This document shows positions 36,901 through 51,900 of a DNA stretch of 64,000 nucleotides, piece by piece. The DNA is taken from positions 6,371 to 70,370 of the forward strand of contig CAJUBT010000006.1 in assembly GCA_910584815.1 (NCBI GenBank), written 5' to 3'. The position numbers were made by a program, and so were the translations under genes. The stretch comes from an uncultured Christensenella sp. (lineage in GTDB: Bacteria; Bacillota; Clostridia; Christensenellales; UBA1242). Position 1 is the stretch's first letter; every line of letters begins with the position of its first letter. Under the pieces are notes generated by a model. The model had not been told where the DNA came from. It searched no databases and was given only the letters and a program-made list of their open reading frames with translations.

Positions 36901-39900
36901 GGGTCTGGGTTATAACGAATAGTTGCTGTGTAGGTGCCTGCAGAGAAGATTTCAATATTATCGTTAGCCCAAGTAATAGAAGAAATAACACTCATATCAT
37001 CTGCAACGAATATTAAATCTTTTAAACTAGAAACTTCATCATATCTTGGGGTTTCAACTTTTGTTGCATTAAATTTAACAATGTTAAATTTAATTGCTTC
37101 AAAGTCTTCCCTACTTGCCATTTGTTTAACAATTCTAAAGGTTATAGTTGTTGTGCCCATATAGTTATGGCTTGTTCCACCAAATTTAATATCTATATAT
37201 GCAAACTCTGTTTCGGTAATATTGTTTCTGTACTCTAAAATATAATCTACATCTTGAGTAAGTAAAATTTTGTTACCATTTTCGTTTTCAAAATATATGC
37301 CATATTTCTTTTCTGAACCTACCATAATTCCAGCATTTTTACTGATGTATGGTAAATCAAAAATTGGTTCTATTGGGTTACCTGTTAAGGTTTGAGCAAG
37401 AATTGGAGGAATGGTAAAGGTTGTTTTACTATATTCTCTTTCTATTATTTCAAACTCTAAAGTTATTTTACCATCAGGTTCGGTTGTTTGATAATTTTGA
37501 ATTATGCCAGTTTTATCTTTTAATATAGAAACTGGAATGTTAATTATAACCTTACCTGCATTAAACCTGTTGCCAACATATTCTATTTGTGAATATTGCA
37601 ATGAGTCTTGCAATGAAATGGTTTCTCTGCCACCAATAACAATGCCAAAGGTGCCAAGGTAAACATCCTCACCCATAAAGGCAACATTTTGATTTTTGGC
37701 AAATTTGACATCTGCTGAAGTAATATTGCGTTTTGTAATTTCAAATTTAATGCTAAATAAGCCTGCGTAATTTCCTTTTCCTTCAATTGTAACAACAGCA
37801 TCTGTGCCAACATTTATGTTGTTAGAATAGTTAGCAACAACGAAGTCTGTTCCTAACCTTAAGTTAAGGGCGCTACCACCACTTAATTTAAAGGAGGCAG
37901 ATATAAGGTCATCAACAAAAATTTGTTCACCATAACTATAAACCTGACTAGGAATTGCACCATAACTGAAACTTTCATTATCAAGCTCTTTTGGAGTTAT
38001 GTTAAATTCTATTTGTTTAGTTCCTGTTAAGTTGTTAGAACCTGTTAAGGTCATAACCACTTTACCAACATTGGTTGTATCTTGTGAATAAGAAACTGTA
38101 TAATCTGTGCCAAATTTTAAAATGGTATTACCAACTGTTAACATACCAACCACAATAGTGTCTGTTACAGTAGAACCATCTGGTTTGGTTGTTATTTGTT
38201 GACTTGTAAAATCACTGAAATCTTTTACAATTGGTTCGCCTTTAAATATTTCATCTTGCAACACTCTATCGTGTAATAGAATATCATCGCTTGTAATATC
38301 TAATGGGGTAATTTCAAAGTTATAAATGCAAGAGCCTGTAAAGGTTCCATTAGCGCCACCAAATATAATTTTAACTGCACCACCGCTTGAAACATCTTTA
38401 TTATTAACTGTGGCACCTGTTTCGGTTACCTTAACCATTTCAAGTGTAATATCTGCAAGAGTCATTGTATAAGCGTTTGAACCATTAGTTTCGTTTAACA
38501 CAACTATAATATCATCAAAATGAAGAGTAATTTCGTTACCTGTATAATAAACAAGGTGTGCAAGAGAAATTGTAACATCGCTAGAAGTTAGTTCTCTTCT
38601 GGCAATATTAAAGGTTCTTGAAGTTTCACCAGCAAAGTTACCAATAAAGGTTATTACAACTCTTGCTTTAGAATTTTCACTTTCACCTGTAATGCCTTGG
38701 TTTCTGGCATAACTTAAAGTATAGTCGGTACCCAACACTAAGGTATAATTATCTACTAAAACTTCGCTGGAAGTTATTGTAGGGTCTGGAGTGATAGGTT
38801 TTCCAGTGTAACGATAATTTTCTTGTAAAACAACATTGAAAGTGTTGCTATTATAGTTTAATGGAACAATGTTAAAGTTAAAGGTTAATAAGCCAGTAAA
38901 GTTACCATTTCCTTCAATTACAAAGGAGCCTTTACCTACATTAATATTTTCACCAAATGCATTTGAATTTGCAAAAGCATAAATACTACGGTTATTATCT
39001 AAAGCTGTGCCATTAAATTTTAAAGTAAAGTCATCGTAACTTGGGCGGATTTGTCTGCCTGTGAAAGTCATATCATTTATAACAATTTCAAATTCATCGG
39101 CGTGTTCGCTTATATTCCTTGCAACAATAACAAAAGTTCTGTTTACTGTGCCAGTGTAATTGCCAATACCTGTAATAACAACAAGTGCAACTTCGCCAAC
39201 ATTTATGTTATTGCTATAACCAATTTGATAGTCTACCCCAAGGGTTAAAATTTTTGTTCCATCGGTTACAACAACATTAGCATCTGGCTTAATTTCTAAA
39301 CCTGTGTATTGTTGGTTTGGAATGGTTGTTGTGTTAACATTTCCATCGCTTAAACTGCGAGGAGTAATGTTAAACTCAGCAAAGGTTGTGCCTTTATAAT
39401 TGCCAATACCTGTAATAACCACGCTTGCCTTTTTATTATCGGTGCTTACATTAATGTTATCGTATGGGCTATTTTCCCTTTCATCTACACTAATTGTAAA
39501 GTCTATATCTTGAACAAGGGTAAGAGTGTTATAGGTAATTGTTACATTTGGTAATATAACATCTCCTGTATAAACAGCGTTAGGTATAGGAGAAATTCTA
39601 ACATCGGTGCTACCCTCAGTGTAAATTTCTTTTTGCTCTATTATAAAGTTTGAAGAAATTGTTGAGGCATAGTTTCTAATACCTTTTACAACAATTATAG
39701 CTGTGCCTGCGTTAACATTGTTTTCGTATTCTATAGTATAATCTGTGCCAAGTTCTAGTTTAGTGTAAACATAGTTATTACCAACTTTTTCGTAATGGTA
39801 CAAATAAACAGTTTTAGTTATACCACGGCCAGTGAAAATTTCACTGTCTAAACTAACATTAGGGGCTGTGGAGGTTTCAACATTTTCTTCGTATATTTCG

Positions 39901-42900
39901 GTAGTTATAAAGTAACTGGTATCTAAACTTCTTGGGTTAATTGTGAAGTTTTTGTTAAAGGTTCCTTCATAATTTCCATCCTCACGGAAGGTTATGGTTA
40001 TAACTGCATTTTCACTAGCATTTGTATTATTAGTATAGGTTACAGTGAAATCGTAGTTATCATCATTTTCACTTGTTTTGCCATACATATATAGATAGTA
40101 AGAAGCATCCCCTGTGCTGTATAGGTATGAAATAGATTTTACCTCTGGCTCTATAGCACTACCTGTATAGTAGTAGCTATCGTTACCAAATTGTAGAAGA
40201 ACATTGCCAGCTTGGCTTTGGGTTATTGCTAATTTATTAATGTCAAAATATATTTCAAGTGGAATTGGGTTACCACTAGCATCAACTTCGTTAGCATAGT
40301 TACCAGAACCAACAACTAAAATTGAACCACGATTATATTTAACACCATCTTTAACATAAGTAGCGTTAATATTATCTCCATAGCCAACAATAGATAGTGT
40401 TACTTGTTCTGTGCTACCTAATGCAGAATATGAACCTATAATTTCTTGAACACTTGGAGAAATTCTTCTACTTGTATAAGTATAAATTGAAGATAGAGAG
40501 AAAGTTATATCTTCAATTTTCTTCCTTAAAATTTCAAAAGTAGCCGATTTTGTGCCTGTGTAGTTGCCTGTTCCTGTTATAGTTACATTTGCTGTTCCTG
40601 CATTTTTGTTGTTGCCATAAGTAACTGTATAGTCGGTAGACAAATTCAAACTAACTTTTTGTTCACCATCTTCACCTGCAATCATTCTATAAACATTTAT
40701 AACAGGTTCTAGGTTATTTATGGAATAAGTTTGATTTGCAATTTCATCTATACCAAAACTTTCAAGGGCAGTAAAATCTAATGGAGAAATAGTATATGGA
40801 AGATAAACCGTTCCAACATAGTTTTTATAACTAGAACGAACTGCACCTATAATTGTTGCAACAACGTGGTAAGAACCAACATTAACACTAAAGCTTGGGT
40901 AAGAAATACCCTCTTCAACATAGGTTAAATTATTTTTATTACCATCGGCATAAAGGTAAATATCGCTAACTTCAAAAGATATGCCTTTTGTTGCACTATA
41001 TAAATATGTAACTGTAGGGGCAATATCTCCACCAGTGAAAGTATAGTTTTTGCTTGAAATTCCACCAAAGGTTAAGGTGTAATCGGTAATATCTTCATCT
41101 GTTATGGTTTGGGCTGTAATGTTAAAGTTAATAGTTGTGCTGCCAGTAACATTGCTGCCTCTTGCTTGTAAGGTAATTGTTGCCTCACCAACATTAATGT
41201 TATTTGAATAGTAAACATTAAAATCTTCATTTACAAATAAATACTGATAGCCGCCACCACTGCGCCTAATATAAACAAGGCTAGCATCTCCAGTTCCAAA
41301 ATCTTTAGTTATAGAAGAAGCAGTATATTCAACACTTGCTGTTAAGCTATTATCTACCACTGCATTTTGCAAATTAAACCTTGCGATAGAATAGTAGCCA
41401 ACAATTTCACCTGTGTAATTGCCTTTTGGGCGGAATCTAAATATTGCTGTGCGTTCGCCAGCATTAATTGCATTTTCGAAAGTAATACCATCAACATCTT
41501 CACTTTCAACTATGGTTTGATTATACATAATTGTTATTGTTGGGCGTTGAACTGTTCCATCGTAAACGCAATTACTATCGTTAACATTAATTGTTAAACC
41601 TTCTGTGTCGGCAGATAAAGTTTGTTTATCTACCGTTAAATTACCAAGATTATCGCTTGCAATGGTTGAGAAGGAATAGTAAGGATGATTCATACTTGCT
41701 ATAGTTACATAGTTAACATAAGTGCCTGCTTGTAATTGATTAGGGTTGGAAACTGTGTTAACCACTCCCAAAGTTATGGATTTTATAACATCTTCAACTT
41801 CTGCAAGATAGTTATAAAATTCGCTTTCAACAAACACAAAGTTACTATCTTCATTTTTAACAACCACACCAGTGCCATATGCCATTGTAGCATCTGGAAC
41901 TTTATTTACGGTTAAAGCTTTTCTTGTAATTCTTATTTTGTTTTTAATGGAAATTCCTTCAATAAAAGTTCTTCCGTCTGCACTGTCGCCTGCATTTTTA
42001 TAGCCACTTAAACTAATTTCGCCTACAGTTATAAACCTTACTTCTGCACGAGTTACAAGCCTACTGGTTTCGGTGTCTCCTTCTGTTATACCATTTGCAT
42101 AGCCAGAATTTGCTCTAAAGTGAGCTATAGCTGCATCATCTTGATTAGTATAATAAGTAACAATAACGCCATTCCCATCTATATTGTTTTGAATAATTGC
42201 ACCATTTATTGTTATATAGTAAACATTTTGAGTTAATATAGTGCCACCTGTTATAAAGAAGTTTACAACATCGCCATATTTTCTATCTCCAATTTGAGTG
42301 TCGGCAGAAATTCTTGTATATTCTGTGCTGCCATCTCCTGCGGTTGAAGAATAGTACAAGGAAACTGTTTTTTGTGGAGAATTAGATGGGAAGAATGGTC
42401 TTTCTGGGCTACTACCTGTTATGTTGCGATAGTTTCCAGTTTGACCACTACCAATTGCATTAGGTTCACAAACATAACTGAAAGATGGAGTGTAGCCGCC
42501 TGTGTGTTTTTCTTCGTAGGTTATAATTGTATAGGAAGTGTTAACAGCAAAGGCATAAAGGTCTATAGCATCTTTATATTTTTCATAATATGCTGTGAAT
42601 AGTGCTCCTGGAGAACCCGCAGTTGTGTTTGCATTATATAAGGAAGCGGTAATTCCTTCTTGACCAGCACTACCTGTTGTGAAAGATATTGTGCCTTTAG
42701 GTGCTTCTGCACTTGGGTTAATTGAACCATTAACTGTTACAAGTACAACTGTTGTTCTATCTTCTGAAGTATAATCTCCTTCTGCAGTTGGTGAAACACC
42801 AGTATATAAAGGAATTACATTCCAACCTGCTGTTGCAGATTGAATTGAATAGGTTATTGATAACTGACTATCGTTACTTAAGAAGTAATTAACAGCGCCA

Positions 42901-45900
42901 TCTGGATTTAAAGAAACAGTTGCTTTATAACTGCCTGCCATATAAGAAGAACTTGCCCCTGCAAAATCCTGCCAGCCATTAGCATTATATTGATATTTGT
43001 ATTGCAATGGAGAATCGTTCCCCTTAACACCTTCTATTGTTGGGTTAGGGCGGTGTTCATCGCCATCGTAAACATAGGTTTGGTTACCTGAAGTTTGGAA
43101 GATAACCCTTATTTGAACTTGGTTAACCCTTATTGTTACATTGGTGTTAACATTAGTTTCAAAGGCATAGTTGCCAGAAGCAGAACCACCAAGTGAAATA
43201 GAAAGGTTATAATCTCCTGCATTGGTTTGAGTGAACACTCTAACAGGGTCGTTTTCACCCCATTTATAAGTTGGGTAAACTCTGTCAAGGTCGTTAGAAA
43301 TTATATTGCCTTTTAATGCAACTGTTAAGTTTTGAGGTTCACTTGTGTAATAATAAGTTGTATCGCTAGGAACTTCTAGTGTTAGCAAAATAGGGTCTAT
43401 TATCCATTGTTTATTAAGGTCATCCTGAGTGTTACCTTCTAAAGTATAATTAGAAGCATTTACGCCATACAAACCTGCAACTTGGCAAAGATAAGTGCCT
43501 ACACTGTTTAACACACTTGTTGGGGTGTTGCCTGTTATTGAAACAAGATAGTTAGTGTAAGATAAGCTTACATCTTCCCTAACGCCATCAACTTCCACAA
43601 TATTTGCAATGCTTGGGGTTATAAAAGCTTCTTCCCCATTATATAAACGATGCAAAGTTTCCTTACCCAAAGTTGTACCTTCTGGGAAGCCAGATAATGT
43701 CCATTTAATTTGAATTACTTGTGGTAGAATTTGCCATTCACAAACGGCAGTTTCTAAGTTATAAGTATAATTAGAATTATTTAACCTTGCCACCCTTGCA
43801 GTGTAGTTACCAACAAGAGTTTTTAAGTTATTATCGTATCCGTTATCGGTTTGAGTGAAAGGAACATTAACAGAATCTCCACTTATTACTCCTACTGCAG
43901 TTGCAGTTACAGATTTTGGAGTGCCATCGTAACGGAAAGGACCATCACCATTGTTGTAGTTCCAAGTGAATGTGATGTTCTTTTGATAAATTGTCCAAGT
44001 TCTTGTTAAAGCTGGTGCACCATAGTTAGACAAACTGTAATTAAATTTTTTATCTCCTGCAAGACCTGTAACAACAGCGGTATATAAACCAGCATTTTTA
44101 GAATTTTCTTGATAGTTTGTTATATTTTGTGCTTCTGTAGAACCTGGTGCGGTAAAGCTTACAAAATATTCAAATTCCACCCTTTCGCCCATAACAAAGC
44201 CATCGGTTGCTGTTAGGTAGTAAAATTTATTAGAAACTCTATCATAGGTCCAACTTGTTGCATTTGCTTGCCAAGCAATTTCAAGATTTCTTGGGGTTAT
44301 AGTCCAATCCCAAGTAACATTTTGGCTATTTTCAATATCGTAGTTAGCACCTTGTGGGCTTGTAAAGTTAACCCTTGCGGTGTAATATTCGCCAGGAATA
44401 TTTGCATCGGTTTTAATGCATCCATCGGCAACAGCTATTGTTGAAGTTGCTTGATCGGTTGTTGCAATGCCTTTAACTGTTGGAGTTGGGCATTGAGGCA
44501 AACCATTATAAACAAAAGTGTTTGTGTTCCAACTAAAAATTAATGTTCTTCTTGTAACTTGCCAATATTTAACTGTGTTAGCACCTTCTAGTGTGTAGTA
44601 AGAACTTTCATCTCCAGAGCCAACACTTGCAACGCATTTATAGAAACCTGCATTTACGCATAAGTTTGAATTTGCAAGAGGAACCCATTCAACATTAACA
44701 TCATCTTTAACACTTTCCCAATCTGCCCAATTATCAATGTTCTTTGCATAGTAATAGGTTAGAGTTAGGTTTAAAGTTGTGCCAGCAATTAAGTTTGCAG
44801 GGGTGCCTGTAAAGAAAATTGCATTTGCCCCACCTGTGCCAAGGTAACTTGCGTGGTCACTTGTTAAAGTTCCACCAATATCACTAGAAATGTTTGTGCC
44901 TATCCAACCAATGTTTGCTCTTCTTGGAGCGATAGTCCATTCATTAGTGCTTGTAGCTTCATCTACCATATAGTTAGGGTTGCTAACTTGAGTTGCTTTT
45001 GCTAAATACTTACCAACATAAATTTCACTATTTGTGTATAGGTTAGAATTATAATCATCACTATTTCCTAAAATTATGTCGTTAGAATAACCAATAACAT
45101 TAACAACATCTTTAGGGTCTTGTAAATTTGTAACACTTGCAGTTACTGTTACTGGTGAACCTGTAAAGGTGTTATCAAAGTCTGGAGAAGAGTTAGACCA
45201 TTCTAAAATAACTGCTCTCTTATCTATTCTCCAAGAGGTTTTCCATTCAAAAGAACTTGTAATTTTATTTGTGAAAATATAGTTACCATTGCGGTTTAAA
45301 GTTACAACAGCAGTGTAATTGCCTGCATTAATTCCACTATTACCAGTAACTGTGTATTGAGAACCAAAAGCAAGGTAATCGTTATCGCTTGTTGCATTAA
45401 ACACATTTCTTACTAAAATGTTAGCGGTTTGATTTAACCCATTATATATAAAGGCATTACTTGAACCATTGTAATCAACAACAAATAAATTTGTGTGTAT
45501 GGTTAAATCGATTGCTGCTGGGGTAATTTCCCAATTCTTTTCTGATTCCGTGGCGTTTTCTAAGGTATAGTTTCCACTACCAGTGCCAGTTAATGCAATT
45601 ATTTTTGCTTGATAGGAACCAGCATTTATGCTGTTAGCATTCATAAACGAAATAAAGTCTTCTAAATCTAAACCGTTAGCATCAAATTCAACTGTTCTGT
45701 TAACAGGTGCAGCTCCACCTAAGGTTAACTGAACAAAGAAAGTAACTTCATCTCGGCTACTAATGTTATCTACATCAAAAACAAAGTATTGTGCCCTTGG
45801 AGTGCTGGTTAGAGAATCGTAAACAATTTTGTTATTATCCCAAACTGCACCTTCAGGTTGCACACTATTCCAACTGAAAATTAATGGTAGAGGGGTTATG

Positions 45901-48900
45901 CTCCAACTAAAGTTAACATCTTCTTCTACAATATAATAATTTCCACTAAATTCACCATCTACTGAAGCAGTTGCGATGTAGGAACCAACATTAATAAGGT
46001 TACTATCGTTATAAACAGTGCCCAAAGTATCGCGGTAAGAAATTTTAATTGTAACACCGCCATCTTCACCAGACATAAGCCCTGTAAATCCATTTACTGA
46101 ATAGAACTTAGCAGTGCCATCGTAAACGGCAGTGCGGTTATCCATTGTAAGTTCTAATGAAGAACCTACCCAAGATAAACTTAATGGTGCTTTGCCAATT
46201 TCCCAACTTCTATAAGTATTACTGTTATTTTCGTTAAAGGTATAGTTAGGGTTGCCAACACCAGCCACCTTTGCCCTATAACTACCCACATTTGTTGCAA
46301 AGTTAGTATAACTATTTGTTGCATCAAATTTTTCGGTTGAATAAGTTATTTCAAAGCTATCGTTATTAACAATATCATCTGGGTTAACTTCGGCTGTTAT
46401 ATACTTCTCTTCACCATTGTATATAAATGGTTTTGTGTAACTCCAAACAAAAGTTACTTCTTTAGGGTTAATTGTCCAACTAATTGTAACGGTATCGTTA
46501 GCAACTAATTCATAACTTGAAGCGTTGCCACCACTTAAACCAAAATCAAAGTCTATAGTTGCAAAATATGTGCCAGCATTAATATAATTTTCATCTACGC
46601 CACTTTCTTTAACTTTAAAGCTAACATCTGTAAAACCATTAACAAGGTTACTTATTTTTGGTTGTAGTTTGAAAGACCTTCCATCGTAACTAGCAGACCT
46701 TTCTTCATCGGAATTGTTTGCTGTAACTGTTTTATCTAACACAATTCCATTATCAACAATTTCCCACACAAAGTTTAATTTTCTTGGAACAATAAACCAA
46801 TCGCATTGTTTTAACTGTTCTTCACCAAGTTCATAGTTAGTGTTTAAAGTTCCAACAACAATTCTGCAAGTGTATGGAATGTAGTTTCCTGCTTCATCTT
46901 TTGGGTTAACCTCTGTTGCAGTGTTGCCTTCAACGGTAACACCTAAAACATCGCCAGTTAAGCCACCACTTATTGTTGGGTTAAAGGTTTGTCTTTCTCC
47001 GTTCCAATCAAAACTTGTTGTGGTTGGCCAAATAATAATTAAGTTTGCTTTAGCAATAGTCCATTTAAATTCTTCGCTGCCTGCATAAATTTCGTAATTA
47101 TAACTGTAAGGTTCTCTTAAAATAACATTTGCTATATATTCGCCTGCCAAGTTTTTATAGTAGTCTCTTGAATATTCATAAGCATCGGTTTGTAGAGTTA
47201 TAAATTTATTTTCGCCCACTGCCTTTGCTTTAATTATACCAGCTCTATGATAAGTTTTGTTATAAACAATACTATCTGTTTCTGCATCGTCTATGCCCCA
47301 AACAAGTTCTATTGTTTGTTTTTCTATAATAATGTCTATATCATATCTTGCTGTGGCAAGAGAATGATAATTGCTTGCGTGAGTATAGTAAGCACCATTA
47401 GGGTCGTAAACATCAACATCTTTATTTTGGATTACATAGTTGCCATTTTCATCTAAAATGTAATATTTACCTGCTTCAAAGTCTTGCCTATTAACATCAC
47501 TTGGGTCTACTTCAAGGTAATTAATAACTTCAACTTTAACATTATAAGTGCCTGCATCGGTTATAGTTACAAAAGTTATTTGACCATCATCACTTACAAA
47601 ACTTAAACGGTTATTTGCATTTACTGTAAATAATGTGCTTTCGTTAACTTCTTTACCTGAATTTGTTATGCCTGTAACGGTTATTCTTAAAGTAAGGTCA
47701 CTAAGTACTGAAACATCTTTACTTGTTTTTAAACCAGCAGTAACTCTGTAGCCATCGCTAGAATAAGTTTTAACTACAGTGAAAGCAGGTTCATTAGCAC
47801 CTAAATCTTCGTGCACAATAAGTTCATCTTCTATGTTCCACCTATCCATAAAGGCTTGAATTTCAGTTATGCTCCATTGCAATCTTAAACTTTCAAGGTC
47901 TGTTGGTAAGGTATAGTTAGGGTTATAAACACTAACAAGTAAACTTGAATATCTTCCAATTTCTTCAAAGCCTATGTTAGAAGTATCCACTTGAGTTGTG
48001 CCATTTTCACTGCCAACAAAACCAATATTATAGTTATAGTAAACTATAATAGGGTCTTCACCTATTCTGTTAAATTCCAACTTAATTGTTATATTATCGC
48101 CTTTTGCAACATTATTAAAAGTTGGAACAAGGGCGTGTTTTACACCATCTTCTTGTTCGTAATCGTTAACATAGTTAGAATTAGTAAATGCATCGTACCA
48201 GCCAGAAATGTTTAATGGTAGAGGAATAATTTTCCAACCAAGTTGAGTGTCTTTTAAAATGTAGTTAGCATTATCTATGCTAATTTCCATAATATAAATG
48301 CTATCATCTAAATTAACTAATTTCTCAACAGCGCCATCGCTATCTGCTTTTAATTTTAAAACATTTATATCATCGGTGAACCCAAATTCACCATCTACTA
48401 AAATTAAGTTTGTTTCTGCGTTTTCTACATCTAGCCCACCTCTAAATCTTGCATCGATATTATTGCCTGTGTAAATAAATTCTTGAACTGCAAGCCCAAC
48501 TTCTAAAATAATTGGATTAATAATTATTTGGGTGAATTCGCTAGTTGTTTCTCTTTGAGTCATACCACCACGAACTGTTACCTTTACTTTATATTGGCCA
48601 CTTTCGTTAACTTGAGTAATTCTAAAAGTTTCATCGTTACCATTATTTAAAATTTGTTCGTTACCATAATACCATTGATAAGAATAAGTAAAGTCTTCAT
48701 CGTTACGGTTAGAAATATTTGCCCTTAAAATAACTTCTGTGCCATATGTGTAAACATTATCTTCGTTGCCATTATCAACAACAACAGTAATAATAGGGTC
48801 TGCAACAACCCAAACAATGTAAAGGTTGCTATTTAAACTATTTCCAGCATCATCAAACATTTGATAGTAAACTTGAGTTTGTAAATTTACGCCGTTTAAA

Positions 48901-51900
48901 GATGCACCATTATCGCTAACATAGCAGAATAAGCCAACATCGTAACCTTCTTTGCTAACAGTTACTTCGCCATTATTTGTTACAATAACATTGCCTTTTA
49001 AATAGTCACCATAGGTTTTGCCGTATTCTACATTTATTGTGTAACTTACATCACTTACACCAACATCTGTAATATATTCATAATAAACATTTAGTTCAAA
49101 AGTTGTGGAAAGTTGAATAGTGTCGTGCCCACCGTGAGTTGTTATTTCTGCTAACCCAAAATTACTTACATTATTTAAAGTATAGTTCTGTAAAGTTTTA
49201 TCATAGAAGTTAACTTTATCTACCACAACTTTGCCAATGCTGGCAGTATAACCAATACCTATTTTAATGTTGGCATCTTGACTGAATGCACGCCTTTGAA
49301 TAATTTGGTCTTCATTAAGTAAATAAATTTCTCCATCTATAGAAAGCGCTGGTTTTGTGCTGCCAGAAGTAGCATCAAATGTAAGCACATTATTTGTAAT
49401 ATCATTAGTTGCTTTACGCCTGTTGTTAATGTAGAAGGCATCTCCTCTAACTGCAGTGTTCCCTTTAATTTCGCCACCACGCATAATAACTTTAGCATCA
49501 GCTGTTTCGCAACTTACAAATATTGTGCCTAAATTATTAGTGTTATTAGAATTTATGTTAACAACACTCCAGTTGCCTGTTGTTTCGTTTTGGTCTGGTG
49601 AAATTTCTAATATTCCACCTTCCTGGTAAATAACACCGCCATTATTTTTTGCTCTGTTATTTGTAATTGTTATGCCGTGAATTAAGGTTTCGCAATTACC
49701 TGACATATAAATAACGCCACCATTACCAGCAAGTGAACCAGATGAATAATCGGCTAAATTATATCTTATATCAGCATAAATAATTTCTAAAGTGGCACCA
49801 CTTAAATTTGCTATGGCACCACCATAACCTTTTGCTGAATTGCTGCGGATTGTAACATTTTCTATATACAAATTACCATGGTTTGTTATAGCACCGCCAT
49901 AACCTGAATTTGTTATGTTGTTTGTTAGGCAATTTTCGTTATTTTGCATTACAACGCCACTAACAATGTTTGCGTTTGCACCACTTGAAACAACTAAAAT
50001 AGCACCTGTGCTTCTTGCACCATCGTTTCTAAAATAGTTGTTATTGCTTGGCATTGTGTCGCCAAGTTTATCTGTAACCCATCTAGCACCACCATCAAAC
50101 ACAATAGAGCCATCTATTATAGGTTCTCCGCTACGGTTTGCCCCTAAATTTAAGTTAACTGAATTTTGCACAATAACCATAGCACCAGTAAATAGAATGT
50201 CATTAACATCCTTTGCTCTTGCAATGTTAACAGTAAAACCATCTAATGTGCCCCAATATTCATCTTCTGTAACATCATAAGTTCTTGCAAGGCAAATAGT
50301 TCCGCCATTAGTTATACTGTTTATGGCTTGTTCCATTGTTGTAACTTCACTGCTGCGTGTGAAAGAATCGTTGATATAAAAACCTACTTTACCACTTGCA
50401 TCTGCACCATAATAGAACCTCTCAACAAACACATTAACTTTAATGGTTAAAGCAACTGCATTATAACTTGCGTTTGTTGGTTCAAAGTTTACATAAGCAT
50501 CTTGCAAACCAATGTCTTCAAAAGTGAAACTATCGAAAGCCCAAACAAAACGCCCGCTAATTTTTCTTCCATTATATTCTGCACTACCACCTAATAAGGT
50601 TGGTCGGTTATCTCTACCACCAACACCACCTGTTGAAGAGTAAAGTGTGTTTGTTATAAGTTGTGTTGAAATGTAAGGCTCTTCTGTAATAACAGGGGTT
50701 ATACCTCGAATGTATAATAGTCTGTACCCTAAGTATTCAGGGGATCCAGAATATACAATTCTAAAATGAACAAACTTCTTGCCACTTATGCTTTGAGTTG
50801 GGTTAACGCTAGACCATATTGCATTGCTTGCTGGTTGGTCGCTTGAATCGGTTGCCAAAAATTGAACAGTAACATTATTAGGGTTATCTAAAATCTCGAA
50901 ATAGATGCTATGTTCAGCACCATCGTATTCATTAACATAGTCTCCTGCAACATAAACAAAACCATAGCCATTGTCTTTAGAAGATTGAGATTCACCTACA
51001 TAAATTTTGTTGTTATCTAAATAAACTCTTTTTTCAACAATGTCGGCAAAGAACCTTGTAATAATTTTTTTGCTAGACATTTCAAAGTTATCATTAAATG
51101 GAATGGCTACCACCGAGGAAGCCCCTCCAACAGTGTTGCTATTAACATAAAGTTGTGCGTTTAAACTAAGGGAAGATAAAATTTTAATAACACCACTTTC
51201 ATCTTCTGCCACTCTTACAAAAATGTTGTAATTAAATTCAACCCCATTTGTAACTCTTTTGTTATTCATTACTATTGCATTTTCACCAACAATAAATTCA
51301 CTTTTACTATCTACATAAATTACGCCGCCATTTGTGCCATCGCCAACATAGGTGTTGTTTTGTATTTCGCCACCAAGTAAGGTTGCACTACCACCAGAAC
51401 TTAGAGCTATAACGCTGCCATAAATTGTGGCGGTATTGCCATAAATTTTGCCACCATTTATAAGAAGTTTTGCATCAACAACGTTTATTGCACCACCGTG
51501 GGAGTTGGTTGCAGTGTTGGAGTTAATGTTTGCATCATCTATTTGAACATAAACATTGCCTGTAACAAATATTGCACCACCACTTTGAGCGGCTGTGTTA
51601 CCATTAATTTCACCACCAGTTATAAGTAAGGTTGCAGTGCTTGCACTACCACTAGCAACATAAATTGCACCGCCTTCACCATCTGCAATGTTATTTGAAA
51701 TGTATCCGCCTGATATTATAAGGGCAGAATTATCTATTTTATAAATTGTTGTTTTGTTGCCATTATCGGTTACAAAAGTTGTTTGATTGTTTTGTATGCT
51801 GCCTTTTGCATTAGAATAAATTGCTGCGCCTTGGCTTGCAGTGTTTGCATAAATTTCGCCACCAGACATTTTTAAACTGCCATCTACTGCAAGTAAAATT

